Shown: positions 30,318 through 40,589, counted from the stretch's first letter. The stretch: 64,000 nt of DNA from an uncultured Elusimicrobia bacterium (GCA_965283875.1 CBDIQC010000001.1:106085-170084), one strand, 5' to 3'. The notes: generated from the letters alone by a model not told the origin. Numbers and translations are program-made.

Positions 30318-31518
30318 GGTCCTCGCGCGACAGCAGGAAGGCCGCGGCGACCGCGGCGCAGAGCACGCCGCCGGCCGACACGGCGAAACGCGCGCCGTAG
30401 CGGTCGGCCGCCCAGCCCGATGCGACCGCGCCGAAGGGGGCGGTCGCCATGAAGGACATCGTGAACAGCGACATGAGGCGGCCGCGGTGCGCGTCATCGG
30501 CGCGCGTCTGCAGGCGGATGTTGCCGCCGGAGAACGCCGTCATCATGCCGAAGCCCGCCAGCGCCGCCACCGCGAGCGCGACGGGCAAGGTCGGGGCCAG
30601 GCCCATCAGCGCGAGCGCCGCCCCGAACACGGCCGCGCCCAGGCCGATGGCCCGCGGCAGGCCGTCGGTGTCCGTGCGGCGCGCCAGGCGCACCGAGGAG
30701 AACAACGCGCCCACGCCGACGGCGCCCATGAGCAGGCCCATGCCGCGCGGGCCGGCCTTCAGCGCGCCTTCGGTGAAGGCGGGCAGGATGGAGAACAGCG
30801 GCATGCCCGCGAAGCTCACCGCCGCCAGCAGCGCGAGCAGCGCGCGGCGCTCGGGGTCGTGCCAGGCGTAGGCCAGGCCCTCGCGGATGTGCGCGAGCGC
30901 CGAGACCTCGACGCGCGCCGCCGCGGGGCGCGCCGCGATGAGCGAGAGGCCGGCGAGCATCGCGGCGTAGCTGGCGGCGTTGACCCAGAAACAAGCCGCC
31001 TCGCCCGCCGACGCGATGACCACGCCGGCCAGCGCCGGGCCGATGACGCGCGAGGCGTTGAGCAGCACGCCGCTGAGCGCGATGGCGTTGCCCGCGTCCT
31101 CGGGCGGCACGAGCTGCGGCACGAAGGACTGGCGCGCGGGCATGTCGAAGGCGTTGACGATGCCGAGGAGGAAGGAAAGCACGAGCACGTGCGTCACCGT
31201 CACGCGCCCGGTCTGGGTCAAGACGGCCAGCAGCAGGGCCTGCGCCAGCGCGAGCCCCTGGGTCCACAGCAGGAGCTTGCGCCGGTCGTAACGATCGGCC
31301 GCGGCGCCGCCCACCAGGCCGAGCAGGACGCTCGGCGCCTGGCTGACGGCCGCGGTCACGCCGAGCAAGGTCCCCGAGCCGGTGAGCCGGTAGATGAGCC
31401 AGCCCTGGGCGGTCTGCTGCATCCAGGTGCCGGTCATGGACACGAGCTGCCCGGCGAAATACAGCCGGAACTCGCGCCGGCGCAGGGCCCGCAGCGACGG
31501 GGGGAGGCTTTCGGTCAT
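30304..31518 (-). CDS. MFS transporter (EntS/MFS_3-like)
   Basis: 404 aa with N-terminus FRLYFAGQLVSMTGTWMQQTAQGWL, about 12 TM, and an ATGA overlap with the RND stop. Confidence 0.85.
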   Translation of the reverse strand: MTESLPPSLRALRRREFRLYFAGQLVSMTGTWMQQTAQGWLIYRLTGSGTLLGVTAAVSQAPSVLLGLVGGAAADRYDRRKLLLWTQGLALAQALLLAVLTQTGRVTVTHVLVLSFLLGIVNAFDMPARQSFVPQLVPPEDAGNAIALSGVLLNASRVIGPALAGVVIASAGEAACFWVNAASYAAMLAGLSLIAARPAAARVEVSALAHIREGLAYAWHDPERRALLALLAAVSFAGMPLFSILPAFTEGALKAGPRGMGLLMGAVGVGALFSSVRLARRTDTDGLPRAIGLGAAVFGAALALMGLAPTLPVALAVAALAGFGMMTAFSGGNIRLQTRADDAHRGRLMSLFTMSFMATAPFGAVASGWAADRYGARFAVSAGGVLCAAVAAAFLLSREDRGRR

Positions 31519-34500
31519 CCGACCCGTTCGGCCTCCCGGATGGCCCGGATGACGGCGTCGGCCGACACGTCGGACTTCTTGCCCTCGATGCGCGTGAACA
31601 GGCTGTAGGCCCGGGCACCGCGAACAAGGTGAGGAACGTGGACACCGACACGCCGCCGATGATGGCCAGCGCCATGGGCACCGTGGTCTCCGAGCCCGCG
31701 CCGCGCGCGAGCGCGGTGGGGATGGCGGCCGCGATGGTCGCCACCGAGGTCATGAGGATGGGCCGCAGGCGCACCGGGCACGCCTCGAGCAGGGCCGCGC
31801 GCGCGTCCAGCCCGGATTCGCGGCGCGTGTTCGTGAAGTCCACGAGCAGGATGGAGTTCTTCTTCACCAGGCCCATGAGCAGCAGCAGGCCGATCATGGA
31901 GTTGATGTTGAGGCTGCGCCCCGCGATGAGCAGGGCCAAAAACGCGCCCGACAGCGAGAACGGCAGCGCCAGCAGCACGGTGACCGGGTGGATGAAGCTG
32001 TTGAACTGCGCGCCGAGCACCATGTAGGCGACCAGGATGCCGAGCAGCAGCGCGAAGATGAGGCTCTGGAAGGACTCGCGGAAGGTCTGCGAGGAGCCCG
32101 AGAGCTTGACGTAATAGCCGTCGGGCAACGTCTCCTTGGCGGCGGCCTCCACGGCGTCGAGCACCGCGGCCTGGGACTTGCCCGGGGCGATGTTGCCGAA
32201 CACGCCGATGGCGCGTTCACGGTCCTTGCGGGTGATGGCGAGCAAGGACGGCTTCTCCTCGATGGTCACCACGTCCGAGAGCCGGATCATCTCGCCGCGC
32301 ACGTTGCGCACGTAAAGGCGCTTGATGTCCTCGGGCGTGAGCCGGTCGCGGGTCTCGGCGCGCACGCGCACGTCGTAGCGGCGGCCGTTGTCGGTGAACA
32401 GGCCGGCGCGCACGCCGCCGATCATCGCGTTGATGGTGTTGCCGATGACCGACATGGACACGCCGCGGGCGTAGGCCTTGGCGCGGTCCGGGTAAACGCG
32501 GATCTCGGGCATGCCGGTCTTGTAGTCGGTGTCCACGTCGATCATCAGGCCCGTGGCCTCCAGCTTCTTCATGAGCGCCGCCGACGACTCGATGAGCTTG
32601 TCCCAGTTCGGGCCGCGCACGGTGAACTCGATGGGGAAGCCGCGCGAAGCGGAGAAGCCGCCCTGCGAGAGGTCCATGATGAAGGCGCGCACGTCGGGCA
32701 CGCCGTTGAGCGCCTTGCGCGCGTCCGTCATGACGTCGCCCTGGGTGACGGGGCCGCCGCCCTCGCGGCGCGGGCGGTCCTTCAGGTCCTTGAGCGTGAT
32801 GAACAACATGCCGGAGTTGACCTCGCCGCCGCCGAAGCCGCCGACCGCGGAGTAGTAGCCGGCCACCGTCGGGTTGTCGATGAACCACTGCTCGGCCTGC
32901 TTGAAGCGCCCGTCGGTGAACTCCATGGAGGAGCCGACCGGGGTCTGCAGCCGCACCATGAACATGCCCTGGTCCTGGGCCGGGACGAACTCCTTCTTGA
33001 GGAACTTCACCGACACCATCGAGACCGCGAAGAAGGCCGCGCCCAGGCCGATGACGGTCCAACGGTTGTCCAAGGTCCAGACCAGGCCGCGGCGGTAACG
33101 CTCGGCCAAGGACGCGAACAGGCGGTCCACGGCCTGCACCAGGCGGTTGCCGTGCGTGGCGGTCTCGAGGAACTGCGAGGTGCGCATGGGCGCCAAGGTC
33201 AGCGCCTCCAGCAGCGAGAGGGACACCGCCGCCGAGATGGTCACGCCGAACTGGAAGAAGAACTTGCCGATGATGCCCTTCATGAAGATGACGGGCAGGA
33301 AGATGGCGAGCACGGCGATGGTGGCGGCCATGGCCGCGAAGGTGATCTCGCGCGCGCCGATGACCGAGGCGGTGACGCGGTCGCGCCCTTTCTCGACGTA
33401 GCGCACGATGTTCTCCAGCACCATGATGGCGTCATCAACGACGATGCCGATGGACAACGTCAGCGCGAGCAAGGTGAAGGAGTTCAGCGTGAACCCGAGG
33501 AAGTAGGTCACGATGAAGGTGCCCAGCACCGAGGTGGGGATGGCCAGCAGGACGTTCACGGTCGAGGACCACGAGCCCAGGAACAGCCAGCACACCGCCG
33601 ACGTCAGGATGGCCGCGAGGATGAGGTGATGCGTCAACTCGGCCACCGACTGCTTGATGAACTTGGTCGAGTTGAAGCGCACGCCGAGCGTCATGCCCTT
33701 GGGCAAGGTCGGCTGCAGCTCCTTCATCTTCTTCTCGACGCGTTCGGAGATGGCCACCGCGTTGGCGCCGCGCTGCTTGCGGATGCCGATGCCCACCGCG
33801 CGCTGGCCGGCCACGCGCGAGATGCGGCGCTGGTCGGCCAGGCCGTCCTCGATGCGCGCGACCGCCTTCAGCGGGATGGGGACGTGGATGGGGCTGCCGC
33901 CGCGCTGGGTGATGAGCAGCTCGCCGAACTGCGCCGGGTCGGCGATCTCGCCGAGCGTGCGGACGTTGAACTCCTTGGCGGCGGTCTCGATCTGGCCGGC
34001 CGGGATCTCGGCGTGCTCGCGCGAGATGGCCGCCATGACGTCCTCGACGGTCAGCTCGTGGCGCTTGAGCTTCTCGGCGTCCACCCACACGCGCAGGTTG
34101 CGGCTGATGAGCCCGCCCAGGAAGATGTCGCCGACGCCGGGCACGGTCTGGAACTTCGACTTGAGCACGTCCTGCGCATAGACCATCAGGTCCTTGGGCG
34201 GCACGTCGCCCGACAGCGCCATCCACATGATGGGGTTGTCCTCGGGGTTGACCTTGGTGACGACGGGCGGGTCGATGTTGCGCGGCAGGCGCATCTGGGC
34301 CTGGGCGATCTTGGTCTGGATTTCCTGAAGCGCGATGTCCACGTTGCGGTCGAGCTCGAGCTCGACGGTGATGGACGCCTGGCCCTGCTTGGAGGAGGAG
34401 GTGATCTCGCGCACGCCCTGCACCGAGGTGACGGCGTCCTCGATGATGTCCACGACCTCGGCCTCCATGATCTCGGGGGCGGCGCCCTCCCAGCTCACGC

Positions 34501-34642
34501 CGACGTTGACGATGGGGAAGTCCACGTCGGGCATCTGCGACACGCCCATGCGGCCGTAGCCGATCCAGCCGAAGATCATGAGCGCGAACATCAGCATCCA
34601 CGCGAAGACGGGGTTCTTGATCGAGATGTCGGAAAGCGTCAT
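31515..34642 (-). CDS. RND efflux pump (AcrB/HAE1-like), frame break near the 3' end
   Basis: About 1042 aa with MTLSDISIKNPVFAWMLMFALMIFG.. and 12 TM with two large loops. The true tail AYSLFTRIEGKKSDV..EAERVG is in another frame from ~31613. Confidence 0.9.
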
Positions 34643-35892
34643 TAGAGGGTCCCTCCCGGGAGTCCGGCGGCGACCTCGAGCCGGGCGCGGGCGCGCCAGG
34701 CGTCGAGCCGGGCGCGGCTGGCCGTCAGCCGCGCCTGCTGCAAGGTGTTGAGGCTGCCCAACACGTCGAGGTTGGTCACCTGGCCGAGGCGGTAGTCCTC
34801 GGCCTGGGCGCGGGCGTTGGATTCGGCGGCGGCCGCGGCTTTGTCGAGCGCCGTCACGACGCCCGCCGAGGCGGACAGGTCCTCGTGCGCCACGCGCGCC
34901 TCGAGCTCCGCGGTGCGGACGGCCTGCTCGTGCGCCGCGCGGGCCGAGCGGGTGCGGGCTTGCTGCTGGCGGATCTGGGCGGTGGTCTCGCCGCCGCCGT
35001 ACAGCGGCAAGGTGCCGCTGATGAGGATGTCCCACTTCACCTTGTCGGTGAAGCTCGGCGGGCGTTTGAGGTAGTAGTTGCCGTCGAGCTCCAGCGTCGG
35101 CCAGCGCTGGCGCGAGACGACCTTCACGTTGCGTTCGGCCGCCGACGCCTCGAGGCGGCGCGCCTCGACGTCGGCGCGCGCCCGCGCGCGCGCCAGCGCG
35201 GCCTCCAGCGCCGGCGGCGGGGGGGCGTCGCCCAGGGGCGCGGGCTCGACGTCCTCCTCCAAGCCGGTGAGGAAACGCAGCTCGAACTGGGAGCGGCGCT
35301 CGGCCGCGCGCGACTGCTCGGCCTCCGCGACGGCCTGGGCGTGCTGCGCCTCGGCGGCGAGCAGCTCGCTTTTGCGCGAGCGTCCGACCTCGAGCCGCGA
35401 GCGCAGGTCCTTGAGCCGCTGGGCGGTGTTGTCGAGCACGCTGGCGCGGATGCGGATCTCGTCTTGGGCGCCGAGCAGGGCCAGGTACGCGTCGGCGACG
35501 TCCCTATAAAGGAGGTGTTTGGCCCGCTCCAGGCGCAGCGCGCCGGCCTCGCCGGTCTCCTTGGCCGAACGGAAGGCCAGGAACTCGCGGAAGCCGGAGA
35601 ACAGCGGCTGGTTGACCGTCACCCAGGCCTGCTCGCGGTAACGCTGCAAGAAGAGGCCGCTGGAGCCCGCGGGAATGTCCTGGATGCTCTCGGTGCCGCG
35701 CAGCGAGACGCTGGGTTTGGCGCGAGAGAGGATCTCCTGGGCCTGCGCGACCAGGATGTCGTGGTCGGCGCCGCGCTGGACGAGCTCCTCGCTGCGCGCG
35801 AGGGAAAGCCGGTAGGCCTCGTCTAGCGTCAGCGGACGCGCCGCCGACGCGGGAAGGGGGGAGAGCAGGACCGCCAGCAGCAGCGCCCTCAC
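34642..35892 (-). CDS. outer membrane efflux protein (TolC family)
   Basis: 416 aa from GTG 35890-35892 with signal VRALLLAVLLSPLPASA and OEP repeats. TAATG overlap with the RND start. Confidence 0.85.
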   Translation of the reverse strand: MRALLLAVLLSPLPASAARPLTLDEAYRLSLARSEELVQRGADHDILVAQAQEILSRAKPSVSLRGTESIQDIPAGSSGLFLQRYREQAWVTVNQPLFSGFREFLAFRSAKETGEAGALRLERAKHLLYRDVADAYLALLGAQDEIRIRASVLDNTAQRLKDLRSRLEVGRSRKSELLAAEAQHAQAVAEAEQSRAAERRSQFELRFLTGLEEDVEPAPLGDAPPPPALEAALARARARADVEARRLEASAAERNVKVVSRQRWPTLELDGNYYLKRPPSFTDKVKWDILISGTLPLYGGGETTAQIRQQQARTRSARAAHEQAVRTAELEARVAHEDLSASAGVVTALDKAAAAAESNARAQAEDYRLGQVTNLDVLGSLNTLQQARLTASRARLDAWRARARLEVAAGLPGGTL

Positions 35893-36494
35893 AGCGCCAC
35901 CCCGCTGCCGTCCAGGAAGAACCCGACGACCGCCTCCGCGTCCTTCTCCAGCTTGCGTTCGTGTTTGTCCACCACCTTGCGCATGGTCGCCGTGCGGCAC
36001 AGGCCGACGAAGACCATCGCCGCGAAACGCAGGTCGGGGACGGATTTGCCGCCGTCTTTGGCCGCGGCCTTGAGCAAGGCCTCGACGCGGTCGATGTTGG
36101 CGCGCATCTTATCCATGAGGCGGCCGCAGGACTTGTCGCCGCAGCCCGGGAAGCGGCCGGTGGCGAACTGGGAGAGGAAGTCGCGGCTGTGGTCGAAGTG
36201 CGCGAGGATGACGCGCGCGGTGGCCAGCAGGAGGTCCTTGCCCGTCACGCCCGCGCGCGTCAGCGCCTCGAGCTCCAGGCCCAGGCCCTCGACCAGGTCG
36301 GCGAAGGCGGCTTCGAAGAGCTGCTCCTTGCCCTTGTAGTGGAGGAACAAGGTGCCTTTGGCCACGCCGGCCTCGCGGGCGACGTCGTCGAGCACGAGGT
36401 TCTGGAAGCCGTGCGAGACGAGCAGGCGGCGCGCGGCGCCGAGGATGGCGCGTTTCTTGGAATCAGGGTCGCGGACGACGGTTTTAACGCTCAT
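35889..36494 (-). CDS. TetR-family transcriptional regulator
   Basis: 201 aa with the N-terminal HTH ILGAARRLLVSHGFQNLVLDDVAREAGVAKGTLFLHY. GTGA overlap with the OMF start. Confidence 0.9.
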   Translation of the reverse strand: MSVKTVVRDPDSKKRAILGAARRLLVSHGFQNLVLDDVAREAGVAKGTLFLHYKGKEQLFEAAFADLVEGLGLELEALTRAGVTGKDLLLATARVILAHFDHSRDFLSQFATGRFPGCGDKSCGRLMDKMRANIDRVEALLKAAAKDGGKSVPDLRFAAMVFVGLCRTATMRKVVDKHERKLEKDAEAVVGFFLDGSGVAL

Positions 36495-36514
36495 GGGGGC
36501 CTCTTACAATAATA

Positions 36515-36528
36515 ACTGACTGGTCAGT
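36515..36528. promoter_or_regulatory. inverted repeat ACTGAC-tg-GTCAGT upstream of tetR (candidate operator)
   Basis: A perfect 6-bp-arm palindrome flanked by AT-rich sequence (aataACTGACtgGTCAGTcattat), 21 nt upstream of the tetR ATG. Confidence 0.35.
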
Positions 36529-36572
36529 CATTATCTTACCACGAATCGCCCCTCGACGCAAGCCGGGGAAAT

Positions 36573-36833
36573 TCAGGAGGCGTCGCGCGAGAACCAGGCG
36601 GCGGCGGTGAGCGCCGCGCCCACGCCCCAGGTGAGCAGCGCCGTGGGCGTGAAATACGAATACGCCATCAGCGCCCCGCCGAGCGCCACGAGCTGGAAGT
36701 TCGCGGTGCTTCGGCCGTAACGAAAGGCGATGAAGCCGATGCCCGAGAAGATCAGGCTGCCCATGAGCGACCAGGGCTCGAAGCTCACCGGCCCACCTCC
36801 CAGCCCGTCACTGCTTGCGGCCTTGCCCTTCAC
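36573..36833 (-). CDS. small 2-TM membrane protein, N-terminal limit doubtful
   Basis: 86-aa ORF. The hydrophobic part MGSLIFSGIGFIAF..ALMAYSYFTPTALLTWGVGAALTAAAWF is plausible. The first ~23 codons (VKGKAAS..) probably belong to the cyclase C-terminus in a shifted frame. Confidence 0.3.
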   Translation of the reverse strand: MKGKAASSDGLGGGPVSFEPWSLMGSLIFSGIGFIAFRYGRSTANFQLVALGGALMAYSYFTPTALLTWGVGAALTAAAWFSRDAS

Positions 36834-38738
36834 GCGGACGCAGAGCGGTGTGCCGCGCCTTGAGGCGGCGACAGGTCAGGCGCTCGAGCGCCGCACGACA
36901 AGCATGGCCGGACCATACTAGCGCTTCCAGCCGCGCACCGAGGTTGAGCCGCGTCGCCGATCACGGTGTAGCTGCGGCGTACGTTGGAGCCCACGTCGGC
37001 GCGGACGCGCACGTCGCCGCGCGTCGAGGCCACTGCCCGCGGTCGATGCGCCCGCGGCCAGCGCCAGGATGTCGCGAGCCGCGGCGAACGCCCCGTCGGC
37101 GGTGGGGAACACCGCGAAGATGCAGTCGCCGATGAACTTATCGACGTCCCCGCCGCGCGCGCCACCGCGTCGGCCGCCGGCGAGAGCAGGGCGTTGAGCT
37201 CGCGCACGACCTCGGAAGGCGCGCGCGTCTCGCTGAACGCGGTGAAACCTTTCACGTCCATGAACAGGAACGCGCCCTTGAAAGCGGCGTCGGGCACCTC
37301 GTATTGACCGCGCGGCGCGCGCGCCCACCTCGTCCCACACGCCGTGCGGCGTGTAGCGGCGGATGACCGCGCTCTGGCGCCGCAGCTTCTCGCTGTCCTC
37401 GTAGGACTTGCGCGAGAGGTTGGCCATGATGCTCTCGGTGCGGTCGAGCGTGACCTCGGCGCGCGCGAGCGCGCCGGCCGGGTCGCCGGACGCCGCGCCG
37501 GGCTTCAGGCGCGGCAGCGGGCCCACGCGCGTGCGACCGGGCAAGGACAGCGCCATGAGGGTCAGGGTCGTGGTGTGGAAGCCCGACGCCGCCAGGCCCG
37601 CGCCGCCTTCGCGCCAGCGCGAGGCGAACGGCACGATCTCGCCGCCCGAATAGAAGCCGAACACCGGCGTCCGGCGCCCGAACACCTTGCGCACCTGCTC
37701 GAGGCTCCTCGCCCAGGCGGCTGTGCAGGATGGCGCCGCGGCTGCAGCAGCTCACGACGAAGACGAGGTCCGGCCGGCACGCGCCCAGGCTCGCGCGGCA
37801 GCGCTCGGCCGCGGCGCGCGCGCCGGAGAGCAGCGCGCGGCGGCTCGAGAGGATGAGCCGCGCCCGCCGGCCTTGCAGGTCCTCGTGCGGGTACAGGGCG
37901 ATGGAGCCCCCGTTGAAATCGATGTCCACGGGCAGCTTGAAGCTCGGGCGGCCGGCGTCGCTTTCCACCGAGAAGCCGTAACGCTGGATCATCAGCTCGA
38001 AAAACGCGCGGTCGTGCCCGCCGCCGAGCAGGCGGCGGTAGAAATCGATCACCGGGCGGCCGTCCACCTCGAAGACGCGCCCGCCGCGCGCCTTGGTGAT
38101 GACGAAGGTCGGCCCCACCGGGTCCCAGCCGTGTTCGTAGGCGAACGCGCCGCGCGCGCCGTCGGGCAAGGTCACCAGCGCCGCGCGCGCCGCGTCGCGC
38201 CGTCAGGCGCGGCCCGTATTGGTAGTTGGTCCAGAAGTCGGCGTGTTTCATGCCCAGGTCGTAGTCGCCGCCAGGTCATGCCGCCGAACACCGGGACCGC
38301 GCTCAGGCCTCGCGCAGGCCGGCCATGGTCTCGCTGCTCGCGGCCCGACGTCAGCGAGCCGAAATAAAGCCCGAGCGGGCGGCCGGCCGCAGGCGCGGGC
38401 CGCAGCGCGTCGCAGCTCGCGGGCGGCTGCGCCGCACCGAGCAATCGGCGCCGACGCCACGAACGGCGCGGGGCCGCCCTGAGTCCAGCGACAGCGCCAC
38501 GACGCTGTTTTTAGTGACGCCCGCGGGGCTCACCTCGGCGTAGGAGGAGCCGCCGAGGAGCCGGTCCGCGTCGAACTCGGACGTCAACACGCGGTTGACG
38601 CGGCGCTGGTCGAGGCTGGATGGAGCCGAAGGCCACGGTCAGGTCCGGGCGGGGGACGCCTTTGAGCGCCTGTCGGGCCGCGTCCGCGGCGGCTCGCTCC
38701 CCATCGGGGCCGTGGCCCAGGCCGATGCCGATCCTCAC
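36785..38738 (-). pseudogene. FIST_N/FIST_C sensor fused to a class III adenylate/guanylate cyclase domain, at least 6 frame breaks as assembled
   Basis: VRIGIGLGHGPDGERAAADAARQAL.., ..FGFYSGGEIVPF.., then ..FLFMDVKGFTAFSE.., VDKFIGDCIFAVF and YTVIGDAVNLGARLE, scattered over three frames. TAGACT lies 6 nt before GTG 38738. Confidence 0.65.
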
Positions 38739-38764
38739 CGGGTCAGTCTAGCATGACGGCGCGT

Positions 38765-39067
38765 TTATTCGTCCACGCGCCAGACATGGAAGCGCCACGT
38801 GCGGTGGCGCATGTTGTCGAGGTACAGCGACACGAACTCCTCGGCGGCGTGCGGCTGCATCCGCGGGGCCAGCAGCTCGACGGACACGCCGTCGCGGGCC
38901 AGGTCCCAGGACTCCAGGCCGGGCGGGGGGACCCGGCGCAGGCGGTCCTCCAGGCTCCGGGCGGTGTCCTCGGAGGAAAGCGCCAGGATGCTCTCCTTGC
39001 GCGACACGTTGAATACCTCGTACACGTGGAGGCGTCGGACCGGGGCCGGCGTGGGCGTGAGCGGCAT
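38765..39067 (-). CDS. hypothetical protein
   Basis: 100 aa from ATG 39065-39067, with CATACT 6 nt upstream. The composition looks coding (..VYEVFNVSRKESILALSSEDTARSLEDRL..). No family recognised. ATG 39103 is an alternative start. Confidence 0.4.
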   Translation of the reverse strand: MPLTPTPAPVRRLHVYEVFNVSRKESILALSSEDTARSLEDRLRRVPPPGLESWDLARDGVSVELLAPRMQPHAAEEFVSLYLDNMRHRTWRFHVWRVDE

Positions 39068-39177
39068 ATCCACAGTATGCGCCGTGAGGCCGCGGCCGTC
39101 CATGAACGCGGCGTATTTTTACGGCTTTTTTACCGTGGGTTGCCCTGGAACGGGGGAAGGGTTATACTCCTTACAAG

Positions 39178-39777
39178 ATGAAACTCCCGCTTCTCGCTCT
39201 CTGGCTGTGCGCCGCCTCCGTCGCCGCCGCCGCCCCTGCGCCCGCCGCCGCTCCCGCGGCCGCTCCGGACGAGCCCCCGGCCTGGTCCATCACCTGCGCC
39301 GAAGACGCCAAGAAACATTGCGCGAGCGCGCCCAACCGCTTCGGCTGCCTCGCCGAAAACCGCGCCAAGCTCACGCCGCGCTGCGCGACCCAGATCGGAC
39401 GCGCCACCGCGCTGCTGGCGCGCCTGCGCGACGCCCGCGCGCGCTGGGCCGCGGCGTGCGGCGAGGAGCAGAAAAAGCTGTGCGCCAAAGGCGGCCTCGG
39501 CCGCGAGCGCATGATTTCCTGCATGAAGAAAAACGAGGCGAAGCTCTCCGACACGTGCCGCAAGACCATCAACGACACGCTGACCGACTTCGCCGCGCTC
39601 AAGCGCACCTTGCCCAACGCCGAGAAGGCCCTGCGCGCCTGCCAGTCCGACAGCGAGACCTACTGCGCCCAGAGCGCCGACGGGGCGACGCTCGACTCGG
39701 ACTGCCTGCGCAGCGTGCGCGCCAAGCTCACGCCCGACTGCCGTCGCTTCGTGGACGGCGCCGCGCCCAAGCGTTAA
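39178..39777 (+). CDS. secreted cysteine-rich-repeat protein (3 x 4-Cys units)
   Basis: Signal MKLPLLALWLCAASVAAAAP. Three units of C-x6-C-x7/9-C-x10/11-C: CAEDAKKHC..GCLAENRAKLTPRC, CGEEQKKLC..SCMKKNEAKLSDTC and CQSDSETYC..DCLRSVRAKLTPDC. Confidence 0.75.
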   Translation: MKLPLLALWLCAASVAAAAPAPAAAPAAAPDEPPAWSITCAEDAKKHCASAPNRFGCLAENRAKLTPRCATQIGRATALLARLRDARARWAAACGEEQKKLCAKGGLGRERMISCMKKNEAKLSDTCRKTINDTLTDFAALKRTLPNAEKALRACQSDSETYCAQSADGATLDSDCLRSVRAKLTPDCRRFVDGAAPKR

Positions 39778-40589
39778 CGCGAAGGAACGCGCGCGCTGTA
39801 TTTGATGGGCGAGTAGTAGAACAGCCCTCGCGGGCTGCGGCGCATGCGCGCGAAGCCCGTCTTGAGCTCGGCCAGCCCGCGCCGATTCGTCGCCCCGGCC
39901 TTGAGCAGCTCCGCGGCGCCGCTGGCCATGAGCCGCTCCCAGTAGTCGATCATCACCGCGAAAGCCCGCCGGTCGCGCTGGTCGTAATGACGGCCGTAGG
40001 GCGCCGTGCGGATGTCCGTGAAGCCCGCTTCATGGAGCAGGTTCCCCATGCGGGCGCCTACGTCGGGATCGCCGCCGAGCGCGCGCTGACGCTGGTTGAA
40101 AATGTCCCAATAACGCCGCAACGCGGGGAAAGCGGGCTCGAACACCAGGCTCGAGTTCATCACCTCGATGCCGTGGATGACCGCGCCCGGCTTGAGCGCG
40201 CGGCGGAGCTGCTTGAGCACGGCGGCGGGCCGGGGCACGTGTTCGAGCACCCAGCACAGGAAGGCGCCGTCATAACGCCGGGAGGGAACGTCCAGCCGCG
40301 TCGCGTCGCCGACCGCGAACGTCGCCCGCCCCGTCTCGACCGCGCGTTTGAGGCGGCGCCGCGCGACGGCGATCTGCTCCGGCGACAAATCGAAGGCGTC
40401 GATGCGCGCGTCGGGAAAACGTCGCAGCAAGATCTCGGTCTGCGCGCCCACGCCGCAGCCGGCCTCGATGATCCGCGCGCCTTTGGGATACGCCACGCCC
40501 TCGAACACCATCGGCTCCAAATAACGCGCTTGCGCGCGCAGCCGCTCCTGCTCGCCCGGGTCGAAGCCGTGGATGTAGTCGGTTTTCAT
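39774..40589 (-). CDS. class I SAM-dependent methyltransferase
   Basis: 271 aa with motif I IIEAGCGVGAQT and post-I DAFDLS. TGGTATATT lies 9 nt upstream of the ATG. Confidence 0.85.
   Translation of the reverse strand: MKTDYIHGFDPGEQERLRAQARYLEPMVFEGVAYPKGARIIEAGCGVGAQTEILLRRFPDARIDAFDLSPEQIAVARRRLKRAVETGRATFAVGDATRLDVPSRRYDGAFLCWVLEHVPRPAAVLKQLRRALKPGAVIHGIEVMNSSLVFEPAFPALRRYWDIFNQRQRALGGDPDVGARMGNLLHEAGFTDIRTAPYGRHYDQRDRRAFAVMIDYWERLMASGAAELLKAGATNRRGLAELKTGFARMRRSPRGLFYYSPIKYSARVPSR

Noticed and set aside
31988-34645. 885-aa plus-strand ORF. Similar long ORFs occur at 5363-6724, 9272-10549, 25210-26700, 62211-63275 and 48038-49579 (minus).
   Set aside because: They lie antisense to well-supported genes (RND, porin, phoR, macB, membrane protein, TPR). 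Their composition is Arg/Ala/Gly/His-rich and low-complexity with no recognisable motifs. They are typical shadow ORFs of high-GC DNA.
30494-35035. 1513-aa ORF in the track, which looks like a giant protein.
   Set aside because: Only the segment 31613-34642 is the RND pump. Its N-terminal part (before MTLSDISIKNP, upstream of 34642) overlaps the OMF gene out of frame. Past the frame break at ~31613 it is read-through, out of frame, over the MFS gene. Stops are rare in this GC-rich DNA.
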